Origin: Capsulimonadaceae bacterium
GTDB taxonomy: Bacteria; Armatimonadota; Armatimonadia; Armatimonadales; Capsulimonadaceae
Assembly: GCA_965215505.1 (NCBI GenBank)
Contig: OZ244065.1
Coordinates: forward strand, 832,001 to 896,000
Direction: 5' to 3'
Length of the DNA stretch: 64,000 nt
The notes beneath the pieces were generated by a model, which saw only the letters and a program-made list of their open reading frames with translations, was not told where the DNA came from and searched no databases. Both the position numbers and the translations under genes were made by a program. Positions 26,486 to 36,000 of the stretch are shown here, piece after piece (position 1 is the stretch's first letter; each line of letters begins with the position of its first letter).

Positions 26486-27493
26486 TCAGGGGGCCGTAAA
26501 GTTTTCCCGGTATTTTTGCAGAAGTTCGGCCTCGCGTTCCTGGCTGAGGCCGACTTTGCGCGGGGCGTCGGCAGGCCGGGAGTTGTCCCAGGTCAGGGTG
26601 TCGTTGACGGTATCGGCCAGCGGGCGGAAGGTCAGGCCGGCGGTGACGGCCTTCTCGATGCTCGCCGCCATGATGCCGCCCGAGCTGGAGGAGGCGGGGA
26701 TATAGAAGGGCAGCAGGCTGAAAGTATCCGCCTGGTTCTCCTTCAGGAACTCGTCCCCGACCCAGACGAGCCGCGCGCCGCTGTCGCTGACCGACTTGCA
26801 GGTCTGGAGGACCTCGCCCAATGTCAGGGCGTAGTCGGGGCCGGTGGCGTTGTAGACGCCGGTCGCGCCCTGCTCGATCAGCCGGACCGTCCATTCGGCA
26901 AGGTCGCGGCCGTCAATGATCTGCATGGGCTGGTCGGGACTGCCCGGCGCGAGTACGTCGCCCCCAAGCGCGACCCGGTGCGGCCAGTAGGTGAACCGGT
27001 CGGTGGGGTCGTGCGGGCCGACGATGAAGCCGGGCCGGATGATCAGAGCGCCGTCGGGGAATGCCGACTGGACCGCCTGTTCGCACAGGGCTTTCAGCGG
27101 CCCGTAGGTGTCGCCGGCGATCTCCTCGGTGGTCGTGTCTTCCAGCGTCCCGACCGGGCCGTCCTCGTCCACGCCGGGCGCGCTGACGTCGGCGTAGACC
27201 GAGATGGAGGAGATGAAGACGTACAGGGAGGCCGACCCGGCGAGCATCTCGGCGGACTGCCGGACGACGCGCGGGACGTAGCCGCAGGTGTCAATGACTA
27301 CGTCCCAGGAGCGGCCCGAAAGCGCGTCCAGGTCACCCCCGATCCGGTCCCCACGCAGCTTCTCGACGCTCGGGAACAGGTCGGCGTTCTGCCGGCCCCG
27401 GTTGAAGAGCGTCACCTCATGCCCGCGCGCCTGAGCCGCCTCGACGAGATGCCGCCCGACAAAGACGGTCCCGCCCAAAATCAGTATCTTCAT
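26486..27493 (-). CDS. NAD-dependent epimerase/dehydratase (isoflavone reductase-like)
   Basis: ILGGTVFVG, FNRG, YGPLK and IRPGFIVGPHD motifs. Confidence 0.9.
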   Translation of the reverse strand: MKILILGGTVFVGRHLVEAAQARGHEVTLFNRGRQNADLFPSVEKLRGDRIGGDLDALSGRSWDVVIDTCGYVPRVVRQSAEMLAGSASLYVFISSISVYADVSAPGVDEDGPVGTLEDTTTEEIAGDTYGPLKALCEQAVQSAFPDGALIIRPGFIVGPHDPTDRFTYWPHRVALGGDVLAPGSPDQPMQIIDGRDLAEWTVRLIEQGATGVYNATGPDYALTLGEVLQTCKSVSDSGARLVWVGDEFLKENQADTFSLLPFYIPASSSSGGIMAASIEKAVTAGLTFRPLADTVNDTLTWDNSRPADAPRKVGLSQEREAELLQKYRENFTAP

Positions 27494-27501
27494 TGCACCC
27501 C

Positions 27502-27536
27502 CCGTAACACTTCCGTAACACAGACTTTGGTATAAT
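27502..27536 (+). promoter_or_regulatory. Direct repeat plus -10 element for the carbonic anhydrase gene
   Basis: CCGTAACAC twice at an 11-bp period, then TGGTATAAT 6 nt before the ATG. Confidence 0.55.
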
Positions 27537-27542
27537 GCTCCT

Positions 27543-28103
27543 ATGAGCGTTCTAGATGATGTCCTCCGCGCGAACGGCGAATTCGTGCGGACCTATGACC
27601 CCAGCCGGGCGACGGCCCCCGTCACCCGCAAACTCGCCATCCTTGCCTGCATGGACTACCGCATCGCGCTGTTCGAGGCCTTCGGGCTGAAACAGGGCGA
27701 CGCCTACGTCCTCCGCAACGCGGGCGGCATCGTGACCGAGGATGTCATCCGGTCCCTGCTGGTCGCCCACTACCGCCTCGGGGTGGAAGAAGTCCTGATC
27801 GTCAACCACACCGAATGCGGCATGCAGACGTTCCGCGACGAGGACCTGCGGGACGACATCCGGCAGCGGCGCGGCACGGACACCATCGCGCCGGAGCAGT
27901 TCCACGCCTTCAAGAGCCTGGAGGAGAACGTCCGCCAGCAGATCCAGCGCGTCAAGTCCCACCCGTGGATGCCGGGCCACATCCCTGTCAACGGCTGCAT
28001 CTACGATGTCCACACCGGCAGGCTCTCGGTGGTGTCGCTGGACGGTGCCTCGACGCAGGCCCTCCCCACGCTGCCGCCGCTCGCGCCGCTGAAGCCGGCG
28101 TGA
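27543..28103 (+). CDS. Beta-class carbonic anhydrase
   Basis: CMDYR, RNAGG and HTECGM zinc-ligand motifs. Confidence 0.92.
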   Translation: MSVLDDVLRANGEFVRTYDPSRATAPVTRKLAILACMDYRIALFEAFGLKQGDAYVLRNAGGIVTEDVIRSLLVAHYRLGVEEVLIVNHTECGMQTFRDEDLRDDIRQRRGTDTIAPEQFHAFKSLEENVRQQIQRVKSHPWMPGHIPVNGCIYDVHTGRLSVVSLDGASTQALPTLPPLAPLKPA

Positions 28104-28130
28104 GCCAGAGTCGCACAGGCTATGTTCCCG

Positions 28131-29156
28131 TTAATCCACGGGGACGCTGTATAGCGTGTCCTCCAGGGTGAAACTGACATGCCTGCCGTCGGGGTTCCAC
28201 CGGACAGAAGCAGGGTAACTCGTCTTCCGGCCGCGCCAAGTGCCGACATGCTTTGGAGGGGTGCCGTCTAGATGACAGACCCAAACGTCCAAAGACATCG
28301 TGCTCTCATACCAGTTCCCCGTCCATGACGAAAGCCATTCGTCCGTGGCTGAGGACTCCTGAGAAACATTGATCCAAAGCAGCCGGTCGCCTTGCGGCGA
28401 AAGGAGGATGCTGCAATCCAGTCCGGCCCTGGGATGAGGCACCGAAAGCCGGCGACCCGTGGCACGGGGGCAGGTTAAAGAAACTTCTGCCAGCGAGAGT
28501 GGGAAAGCCGGCTGCCCCGGCCGCTCTTCCAAATCTGAAAAGAAGCTCACGATGACATGACCACGGGTGTTCACGCCCAGAACATCGCCCATCAGCCAGG
28601 ACCCAGGATCGGAACAGAGAGGTAGCCTAAGACCGGGATGATCCACATCGTGTAAGTCAAGGCCCATCCAGCGGCGGCTGTCCGGCAGCCAGAACCCTTT
28701 TTGTGAGTTGGGCCAGCGGACTGTTTTGCCGTCCCTCCGCCGGGTCGCAGCCCAGGAGGCGGGGGGGCGGTTGTCCCTCTGCGTGTGCCAAAGCACGTTG
28801 TCCTTTTGCGTGTGCCAAAGCACCCACTGACCATCCGGTGAGGCGGAAGCGACCCGACCCGCCTGCACGGCGTTTAGTCTCGGCTCCGGCACATCCTTGT
28901 GTGTCTGCGTGTCATAGGAAAATGCCTCCGTGCCGCGCGGGGTGTTCTCGAAGTGGAGCAGCTCATGGTCGGTCAGCCACAGGTAGGGTTCCCCTGACAG
29001 CACATCGCCGTATCCTCGCTGCCAGCCCCCCACCGAAACGAGGGGTGTGATCCGGCGTGACTGATACTGCTTCTGGCCGTCCCAGAAGGCGAGGCAGAAA
29101 ACGGCCCCGGCCACCGCGAGTCCTAGCGCGATTTGCAGGGATCGTTTTCGCATCAT
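28131..29156 (-). CDS. Membrane-anchored hypothetical protein with TolB/WD40-like repeats
   Basis: N-terminal TM; ASPDGQW, WLPDSR, LSPQGDR and WNPDGR repeats. Confidence 0.65.
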   Translation of the reverse strand: MMRKRSLQIALGLAVAGAVFCLAFWDGQKQYQSRRITPLVSVGGWQRGYGDVLSGEPYLWLTDHELLHFENTPRGTEAFSYDTQTHKDVPEPRLNAVQAGRVASASPDGQWVLWHTQKDNVLWHTQRDNRPPASWAATRRRDGKTVRWPNSQKGFWLPDSRRWMGLDLHDVDHPGLRLPLCSDPGSWLMGDVLGVNTRGHVIVSFFSDLEERPGQPAFPLSLAEVSLTCPRATGRRLSVPHPRAGLDCSILLSPQGDRLLWINVSQESSATDEWLSSWTGNWYESTMSLDVWVCHLDGTPPKHVGTWRGRKTSYPASVRWNPDGRHVSFTLEDTLYSVPVD

Positions 29157-29157
29157 G

Positions 29158-30411
29158 TCATTCAGCCGCGAGTATCAGGCACTTCAGGTACTCGGACTCG
29201 GGCGCATCAAGCAGGACGGGGTGGTCGGCGGGCTGGCCGCGCTGCTCGATGAGTTTCAGCACCCTGCCCGAGTCGCGGGCCGCGCCCTCCACGACCTCGC
29301 GGAACTCGGGGGCGGACAGATGGTGCGAGCAGGAGCAGGTGACGAGGACGCCGCCGGGCCGCAGCAGACGCAGGGCGACGCGGTTGATCTCGTTGTAGCC
29401 ACGGATCGCGCCGTCGCGGCTCGCCCGGTTCTTGGTGAAGGCGGGCGGGTCCAGGATCACCATGTCCGTGCGGTAGGACGAAGCCTCCAGCGACCGGAGG
29501 TAGTCGAAGACGTTTTCCGTCACGCCGGAATGGGGGATGGAAACCCCGCTGCGCTCCCACTGGCGGCCCGCAAGGGCGACGAATTCAGGGCTGATCTCGA
29601 CATCGGTGACGCTCTTGGCCCCGGCAAGGGCCGCGCGCAGGCCGAACAGGCCGGTGTAGGCGAAGCAGTTCAGGACGTCCCGCCCGTGCGCCTGCTTGGC
29701 GGCGGCCTTCTGGTTCTGACGCTGGTCGAGGAACAGGCCTGTCTTCGCCCCGGTCTTCAGGTCCGCCAGGACCGTCATGCCTTCGTCGTCCAGGGCGAGT
29801 TCGTCGGGCGGGGCCTCGCCCGCCAGCACGCCGACGCGCTCCTCCAGCCCTTCCAGGCGGCGGACGGCGCTGTCCGACCGCTCGTAGATGCCGGCGGGGG
29901 CCAGTGTGTCTTGCAGGGCGCTGACGATGGCCTCTCGCCAGGGTTCCAGGCCGAGGGCGAGGAACTGGACGACGATGAACGGGCCGTAGACGTCAACGAT
30001 CAAGCCCGGCAGGCCGTCCGATTCGCCGTGGACCAGGCGGTAGGCGACGGGGAGGGCGTTCCCTTCCAGATAGTGCGCCAAGCGGAACTCATGGGCGTGG
30101 ACGATGCGCGACCGCCAGAAGGCATCGTCCACGGGGACATCGCCCCGGCGGGTGAGGTAGCGGACGGCGATCTTGCTGCGCGCGTTGAGGTAGCCCGCGC
30201 CGAGCGACTTGCCGCGCGCGTCCACGATGCGGACGATGCCGCCGTTCTCGAAGCCGTCGGGCGGGCCGGTCGCGATCTCGTTGTCGTAGACCCACGGGTG
30301 CCGCAGGCGGTCGGGGCGCTGGGGCCGGAGTTTGATGGTCGGTAACTTGAATGCCGGCGGCTTGCTTGTCGCTGCTGACTTAACGGCGGGTTTGACGGTG
30401 GGTGCTGCCAT
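29158..30411 (-). CDS. rlmI: RlmI-like SAM-dependent rRNA methyltransferase
   Basis: HPWVY, GESDGLPGLIVD, KTGLFLDQR, LNCFAYTG, ILDPPAF and TCSCS motifs. Confidence 0.88.
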   Translation of the reverse strand: MAAPTVKPAVKSAATSKPPAFKLPTIKLRPQRPDRLRHPWVYDNEIATGPPDGFENGGIVRIVDARGKSLGAGYLNARSKIAVRYLTRRGDVPVDDAFWRSRIVHAHEFRLAHYLEGNALPVAYRLVHGESDGLPGLIVDVYGPFIVVQFLALGLEPWREAIVSALQDTLAPAGIYERSDSAVRRLEGLEERVGVLAGEAPPDELALDDEGMTVLADLKTGAKTGLFLDQRQNQKAAAKQAHGRDVLNCFAYTGLFGLRAALAGAKSVTDVEISPEFVALAGRQWERSGVSIPHSGVTENVFDYLRSLEASSYRTDMVILDPPAFTKNRASRDGAIRGYNEINRVALRLLRPGGVLVTCSCSHHLSAPEFREVVEGAARDSGRVLKLIEQRGQPADHPVLLDAPESEYLKCLILAAE

Positions 30412-30454
30412 GGCGCTATTGTACCTGATGGCGTGACATGTAGGGGTGTTCCTT

Positions 30455-31603
30455 ATGGATTACGAAGACGGCGGCGTATTGACCGGCATTGATGTTCTCG
30501 TCCGTGACGGATTCGGGCTGCTGCGCGGCAGTCGGGTCGGGCTGGTGACGAACCACACCGGCCTGACGCGGGACGGCCAGGCCACGATTGATGTCCTGCA
30601 TGGGGCATCTGACGTTTCGCTCCAAGCCCTCTTCGGGCCGGAACACGGCATTCGCGGTGAGCAGGACGAACACGTCGCGGACGGCAAGGACGACAAGACG
30701 GGCCTGCCGGTCTGGTCGCTGTTCGGATCGCGGATGCGGCCCGCGCCGGATCAGCTCGCCGGATTGGAAGCGCTGGTCTTTGACATCCAGGACATCGGCT
30801 GCCGGTTCTACACCTACCTCAGTACGTTGGGGCACGTCCTTGAAGCGGCAAGCGAGGCAGGCCTGCGCGTGGTCGTCTTGGACCGGCCCAATCCCATCGG
30901 GGGCCGAGCCGCCGAGGGTCCGATGGCGGACGCCGACGCGCTCTCCTTCGTCGCCTACCACCCGGTCCCGGTCCGTCACGGCCTGACACTAGGCGAGATG
31001 GCGCGGCTGCTCCACGCCGAGAAGTCGCTGACCGGCCCGCTGGAAGTCGTTGCCTGTGAAGGCTGGCATCGGGGCGACTGGTACGACGCGACCGGCCTTG
31101 TCTGGACCAACCCCTCCCCCAACATGCGGCGTCTGACGGCGGCCACTCTGTACCCCGGCGTGGGCCTGCTGGAGTTCACGAACGTCTCCGTCGGGCGCGG
31201 CACGGACACGCCGTTCGAAGTGTTCGGGGCACCCTACATCGCCCCGCGCGACTTTGCGGGCGCGCTGAATTCCGAGGCGACTCCGGGCGTCCGGTTCATC
31301 CCCTGTCACTTTACGCCAAACGCCAGCGTTTTCAGCGGCGAGCCTTGCGGCGGGGTACAGATGTTAGTCACCGACCGCGACCGGCTGAATGCCGTTCAGG
31401 TCGGGCTGACGCTTGCCGTTATCTTGCGCCGCCTTTATCCCGACGCCTGGCAGCCCGACAAGATGCCGACGCTGCTGGTGAACGCAGAGGCGCAGGAAGC
31501 ATTGCTGGCGGGCGCGAGCTACGCAGACATGGCGGAAGGCTGGGCCGGAGCATTGCAGGAATTCGGCGAGCGGTCGCGGGCCGTGTGGCTGTACGAGGAG
31601 TAG
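30455..31603 (+). CDS. DUF1343/NamZ-family exo-beta-N-acetylmuramidase
   Basis: GLVTNHTG, FGPEHG, FDIQDIGCRFYTY, LDRPNP, PSPNM and GRGT motifs; no signal peptide. Confidence 0.9.
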   Translation: MDYEDGGVLTGIDVLVRDGFGLLRGSRVGLVTNHTGLTRDGQATIDVLHGASDVSLQALFGPEHGIRGEQDEHVADGKDDKTGLPVWSLFGSRMRPAPDQLAGLEALVFDIQDIGCRFYTYLSTLGHVLEAASEAGLRVVVLDRPNPIGGRAAEGPMADADALSFVAYHPVPVRHGLTLGEMARLLHAEKSLTGPLEVVACEGWHRGDWYDATGLVWTNPSPNMRRLTAATLYPGVGLLEFTNVSVGRGTDTPFEVFGAPYIAPRDFAGALNSEATPGVRFIPCHFTPNASVFSGEPCGGVQMLVTDRDRLNAVQVGLTLAVILRRLYPDAWQPDKMPTLLVNAEAQEALLAGASYADMAEGWAGALQEFGERSRAVWLYEE

Positions 31604-31616
31604 CGAGGGGGGAACC

Positions 31617-31934
31617 GTGTTCAAACGAGGCACTGTGAGCGGGGCGCTGCTGACGATAGCGGTTTCGGCGGCGGCATTCTTCGGCACGCTCCGGCTCGTT
31701 CCGCTCATCCCGGAAAGCTACTTTGTGCATAGGCCCGACTGGGTCTATCTGCCGCCGGTCATCCAGATCCCCATACTCGTCGTCGTGGGCGCTTCCGTGC
31801 TGGGCGGAGCGTGGGGCCTGTTGCAGATTGTCCTCATTCTGATGGCTCGGCTGAAGCGCCGCAAGCCTGCCTCCGCCGCAGCCGATCCCGAGGGGGTATG
31901 GCCGCCCGCTCCAACGCTGCCCTGGCCTAAGTGA
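31617..31934 (+). CDS. Small two-TM membrane protein ending EGVWPPAP
   Basis: Two hydrophobic segments; GTG start with GAGGGG RBS. Confidence 0.6.
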   Translation: MFKRGTVSGALLTIAVSAAAFFGTLRLVPLIPESYFVHRPDWVYLPPVIQIPILVVVGASVLGGAWGLLQIVLILMARLKRRKPASAAADPEGVWPPAPTLPWPK

Positions 31935-33018
31935 AAGCGGGAATGGTCACGGCCTCGCCTTCGCGCAGGGCGGACTCATGAGCGCAAAGGCCGGGGGCGG
32001 TCCAATTCGCGGCCCTCACGGCGTCTATGGCTGGGGGGCGGCCCTCCACGATGCTCCGCACGAACTCGTGTGCCAGGTGCGGGTGCGAGCCGCCGTGGGC
32101 ACCATCAGTCTCGTACTGCGTGAATTCCCTGATCTCCGGGGGCAGGCGGTCGGCGTAGTCGGGGAGGGTGACGCGGGCCGCATCCACAGGACGGCCGTAA
32201 GGAGTGCGCTCGTCGCCCAATGTAAACAGTGTCGGTCTGTCGCCGTGCAGGTGGCTCCACTCGAAGCCCCGCTTCGTGCCGTAGACGTGGAAGCCTTCGA
32301 TATAAGAGCGGGCCGTTTCAAACCAGGAGCGGGTGACTTCGGCGGCGACGGGTGGGTCTTCCAGGCGGAACAGGGCGGTTTCCAGCCGGAACGGGTTCGC
32401 GCCGGGCTGACGCAAGTGTGGCGGGAGCAGGCCGGAACCGAGGCAGTGGACGCGGGTCGCCCGCGTCCCGGTCAGCGCGAGAAGGGGCGCGACGGCATGG
32501 GTGGCGTAGTGCATCGGCGGGACGGACTGCCAATAAGCGTCGCGCCCCTCCACGTCCTGGAAGTAGATGCCGCGCAGGAAGGTCAGGTCGCCCAACTCGC
32601 CCCGCTCGTAGAGGTCCTTGACGAAGAGGAATTCGCGCGAGTAGACGACGGTCTCCATCATCATGTAGTTTTTGCCGCTGCTGCGCTGTGCGGCCATGAC
32701 GGCGCGCAGTTCGTCGAGGGAGACGCCCATCGTCACCGCGCTGGCGCAGTGCAAGCCGGAATTGAGGGCGCGCACGGCCTGTTCGGCGTGGAGGAGCAGG
32801 GGCGTGAGCAGGTGGACGGCGTCAACGCCGGGCGCATCCAGGAGGGCGTCAAGTGAGGCGAAGCGGCGGCGGACGCCGTAGCGGTCACCCACCCGGCGCA
32901 GACGCTCGGCGTCCGGGTCGCACAGGACGACCTCCTGCACGTCCGGATGACGCTGATAGATGGGTACGAACTGTTCCCCGAAGCCCAGGCCGACGACGGC
33001 GATGCGGAGCTGATTCAA
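31927..33018 (-). CDS. Gfo/Idh/MocA oxidoreductase (TTG start)
   Basis: IAVVGLGFG, PPMHYATH and HGGSHPHL motifs; start overlaps the upstream stop (TTGA). Confidence 0.88.
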   Translation of the reverse strand: MNQLRIAVVGLGFGEQFVPIYQRHPDVQEVVLCDPDAERLRRVGDRYGVRRRFASLDALLDAPGVDAVHLLTPLLLHAEQAVRALNSGLHCASAVTMGVSLDELRAVMAAQRSSGKNYMMMETVVYSREFLFVKDLYERGELGDLTFLRGIYFQDVEGRDAYWQSVPPMHYATHAVAPLLALTGTRATRVHCLGSGLLPPHLRQPGANPFRLETALFRLEDPPVAAEVTRSWFETARSYIEGFHVYGTKRGFEWSHLHGDRPTLFTLGDERTPYGRPVDAARVTLPDYADRLPPEIREFTQYETDGAHGGSHPHLAHEFVRSIVEGRPPAIDAVRAANWTAPGLCAHESALREGEAVTIPAFT

Positions 33019-33593
33019 AGTGGCCGCCGGTCGCCCAAGCCTTGCATGGCCGCCTCTCGGATATTCGGGGCTGGGTCGTTCAGCAGGAGTCGGAGCGCAC
33101 CGGTGCTCTCGGCGTCTTTCGAGTGTGACAGGAACCGCGCGCCTTCCAGCCGGACCATGGGCGGGGGCGTCCGGCTCAGAATGGACACGCACGCCGCAGT
33201 CGCCGCTTGAGTCTGGTCTGAGGAGAGGAAACCGGTACGCCGGGCCAAACCCAGCACATCCAGCGCCTCGCTCTGCGAAAGCTCGTCCACGGGGCCGTTC
33301 AGGCAGGCGATGGCCTGGCGGGCTTGTGTGGGGGAGAGGTGCCTGGGTTGGCCGCGCACGATGGCGCGCTGGACACTGTTTTTGAGGACGATCATGTCGG
33401 CCATCCGCATGTTTGGAGGCTCGCCCATGCCCTCAGCCCCCGAGTCCCGAAACTCGTCGAGACTGCGCTGCCAGGAGGACTGATGCGGGGTACGATGAGC
33501 CGCAAGGCCCACCCAGGCGAGGGCGACCAGAAGCGCGGCCGCGAACGGCCAGCGGCGGCGCGTGCCTGGAACGACTTCAAGGGGATCATTCAT
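33015..33593 (-). CDS. Membrane-anchored HEAT-repeat protein
   Basis: N-terminal TM; LLNDPAPNIREAAMQGLG. Confidence 0.65.
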   Translation of the reverse strand: MNDPLEVVPGTRRRWPFAAALLVALAWVGLAAHRTPHQSSWQRSLDEFRDSGAEGMGEPPNMRMADMIVLKNSVQRAIVRGQPRHLSPTQARQAIACLNGPVDELSQSEALDVLGLARRTGFLSSDQTQAATAACVSILSRTPPPMVRLEGARFLSHSKDAESTGALRLLLNDPAPNIREAAMQGLGDRRPL

Positions 33594-33625
33594 GGCGCAT
33601 CACACAGCACAAGGGTCCTGTCCGA

Positions 33626-33982
33626 TCAGTGCATCTTGAACGGGCCGCCGTGGGGTTCGGAGGCCATGTCTGGACGGGTAGAGTCCTGGATGACCTCGTG
33701 CAGTTCCAGCACGTTCGGCTGGAAGTAGGCGTCTTTCGGCAGGGAACCCGATTGGGCATGGCCTTTGACGAAGGCGTCCGAGCGAATCCAGCCCATGAAG
33801 TCCTCCCTGGAGGCCCAGAAGGTCAGGATGATGTACGGATCCCCCTCGTTGACAGGCCGAAGCACCTGATTGGAAATGAAGCCCGGCATCCCGTCCACCA
33901 GGCCGGCCCTCTCCCGGAAGACCTTCTCAAATGCCTCCGCGTGTTCCGGCCTGACATAGATTCGATTGGCGACTGTGATCAT
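33626..33982 (-). CDS. ABM-family monooxygenase (IsdG/MhuD-like)
   Basis: NRI, RAGLVDGMPGF and W..SDAFVKGH motifs. Confidence 0.85.
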   Translation of the reverse strand: MITVANRIYVRPEHAEAFEKVFRERAGLVDGMPGFISNQVLRPVNEGDPYIILTFWASREDFMGWIRSDAFVKGHAQSGSLPKDAYFQPNVLELHEVIQDSTRPDMASEPHGGPFKMH

Positions 33983-35460
33983 GGCGTTTTTTCCTCGTTT
34001 TCTTCGTCTATGATACCACCCTGCGGACGGCTTTGCGCGAAGTCATTGGTGGCGGAGCGGGTGATGTTGCGGTGGCCGTCGGTCCAATGATCGCGATACC
34101 AGGTGCAGCACTCGAGGCGGTCATTCAGGCCCGCCATCCTGGCGGCAAGAGCCAAGCGGAACCGGTCGCGGGTCGCGGCGTGCGATGGGTCCTCGCATAA
34201 GTTGTTCCTCTGGAACGGGTCGGCCTGGTTGTCGAAGAGGAGTTCCTTGCCGTCCACGCGGTAGACAGCATAGGTGTAATGCTTGTCGCGCAAGGCCCGC
34301 CACTCGTGGCCGTCTTCCCAGGCAGCCGTCGCGCCGCAGATCTGAAGGAAGGCCGCTTCCGGCTCCGGCCCCGGCGTCCCGAGGGCGCAGTGGCTCAGGT
34401 CCATCCCCTCGACATCTTCCGGGCAGGGCAGCCCGAGCAGGGCGAGCAGGGTCGGCATCAGGTCCACCGTCCCGAGGCAGACATCGGAGACAAGCCCGGC
34501 GGGGAGACGGCCCGGCGCGCGCAGCAGCAGCGGGATGTGGCAGGCTTCTTCATAGAAAATGTTTTTGGCCCGCCGCCCCTGCGCGCCGAACATCTCGCCG
34601 TGGTCGGACGTGAAGACGACGATGGTGTCGCCCGACGCCCCACACTCCGCCAGCCCCGCCAGGAGACGACCGAGACTCTCGTCAATGCTGGTCACCTGCG
34701 CGTAGTAGCCGCGCCGCCATGACTCCAGTTGTGTTCGCTCGGCTGCGCTCAGAGTCGCCCAGGCGTCGGCGTAGGGGACGTCATTCTCCGCGCGGTAGTT
34801 GGGCGGGTCGGGGAACGAGGTCGCGGCATGCATCCGCCAGAAACGCGCGGGGACGTTGTCCGGCCCCCACGGGTCGTGCGGCGGTCCCCAGGAGAGGAAC
34901 AGGGCGAACGGCTCCGGTTCCGCCGAGGCGCGGCGCAGGAAGTCTATGGCGAAGTCGGTCTGCGCGTCCGGCTCGTACACGCCCTCGCCGTAGAAGACCT
35001 TCTCGGTCGTTTCCGTGTGGTAGTACGCGCCGTAGTTGTCGTGGTGGAAGTTGTACGCCTTCCATTCGCCGTCAAAGCCCAGCCGGTCCGGGCCGCGCGG
35101 GACGAACGAGTTCCGGGGGTCGTCATGGTGTCCGAGTTCATTGGCGTAAAGATGCCACTTGCCGATGTATCCCGTCCGATACCCGGCGTCGGTGAGGACG
35201 TGGCCGAAGCAGCGCTGGTTGGAGTTCATCCGCAGCTCGTTGATGACCATGCCGTGAGAGGTCGTGTGCTTGCCGGTCAGGAGCGACGCCCGGTACGCCG
35301 TACAGACCGGGGACGAGGCCACGGCGTTGGTGAAGTTCACACCGCCGGCGGCGAAACGGTCAATGTGGGGCGTAATCGCCTTCTCGTCGCCCGCGTATCC
35401 CATTGACTGGTAGCGCAGTTGATCCGCGAAGACATAGACCAGATTAGGTCGCTGGCGCAT
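33979..35460 (-). CDS. Formylglycine-type sulfatase
   Basis: PNLVYVFADQ, CTAYRASLLTG, GKWHL, PPHDP and FTSDHG motifs. Confidence 0.92.
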   Translation of the reverse strand: MRQRPNLVYVFADQLRYQSMGYAGDEKAITPHIDRFAAGGVNFTNAVASSPVCTAYRASLLTGKHTTSHGMVINELRMNSNQRCFGHVLTDAGYRTGYIGKWHLYANELGHHDDPRNSFVPRGPDRLGFDGEWKAYNFHHDNYGAYYHTETTEKVFYGEGVYEPDAQTDFAIDFLRRASAEPEPFALFLSWGPPHDPWGPDNVPARFWRMHAATSFPDPPNYRAENDVPYADAWATLSAAERTQLESWRRGYYAQVTSIDESLGRLLAGLAECGASGDTIVVFTSDHGEMFGAQGRRAKNIFYEEACHIPLLLRAPGRLPAGLVSDVCLGTVDLMPTLLALLGLPCPEDVEGMDLSHCALGTPGPEPEAAFLQICGATAAWEDGHEWRALRDKHYTYAVYRVDGKELLFDNQADPFQRNNLCEDPSHAATRDRFRLALAARMAGLNDRLECCTWYRDHWTDGHRNITRSATNDFAQSRPQGGIIDEENEEKTP

Positions 35461-35997
35461 CTATTCCCCCGTGGTTTCTGTAGACAGGGACAAGGCGGCG
35501 ATGGTCTTGGCCCACTCCCAGAGCGCCCCCTGCGAGTGGCGGGCGCCATACTCGCGGAACAGGACAATGCCCTCGTCCCGAAGGATGCCGCCCTCGATGC
35601 GGGGGAGGCGGTAGTTGGGGAAATCCTCTTCCTTGCGCTGCCAGCCGCGCACCAGGGAGACGGCCCCGTCGCCGGGGCATTCGTGGCCGTAGTAAACCGC
35701 GCCGAGGAAGAAAGAGAGGGCGGCACCCAGGCACATCAGGCACGGCTCACCCGTCACGAACAGCGCGGCGTCGCGGCGGCTGCCGGGAAAGGGGCGCAGC
35801 CGGTCAGCGGCTTCCAGAGCCAGCAGGTCGGCGTGGACGAGGAGCCGTCCCTGCGCCCGCTCCTCGGTGTGTGCGGCGGCGATGACCCGACCATCAAGCA
35901 CGACGACCGCCCCGATAGGCAGCTCGCCGTTGTCCAGGCCGACTTGGGCCATGTCCAACGCCTGGCGCATGAAGCCTTCGACCTGGTGCTGGTCCAT
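35461..35997 (-). CDS. Nucleoside/tRNA deaminase-like protein (TadA/CDA fold)
   Basis: ELPIGAVVV, HAD (in place of HAE) and EPCLMC motifs. Confidence 0.8.
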   Translation of the reverse strand: MDQHQVEGFMRQALDMAQVGLDNGELPIGAVVVLDGRVIAAAHTEERAQGRLLVHADLLALEAADRLRPFPGSRRDAALFVTGEPCLMCLGAALSFFLGAVYYGHECPGDGAVSLVRGWQRKEEDFPNYRLPRIEGGILRDEGIVLFREYGARHSQGALWEWAKTIAALSLSTETTGE

Positions 35998-36000
35998 GAT

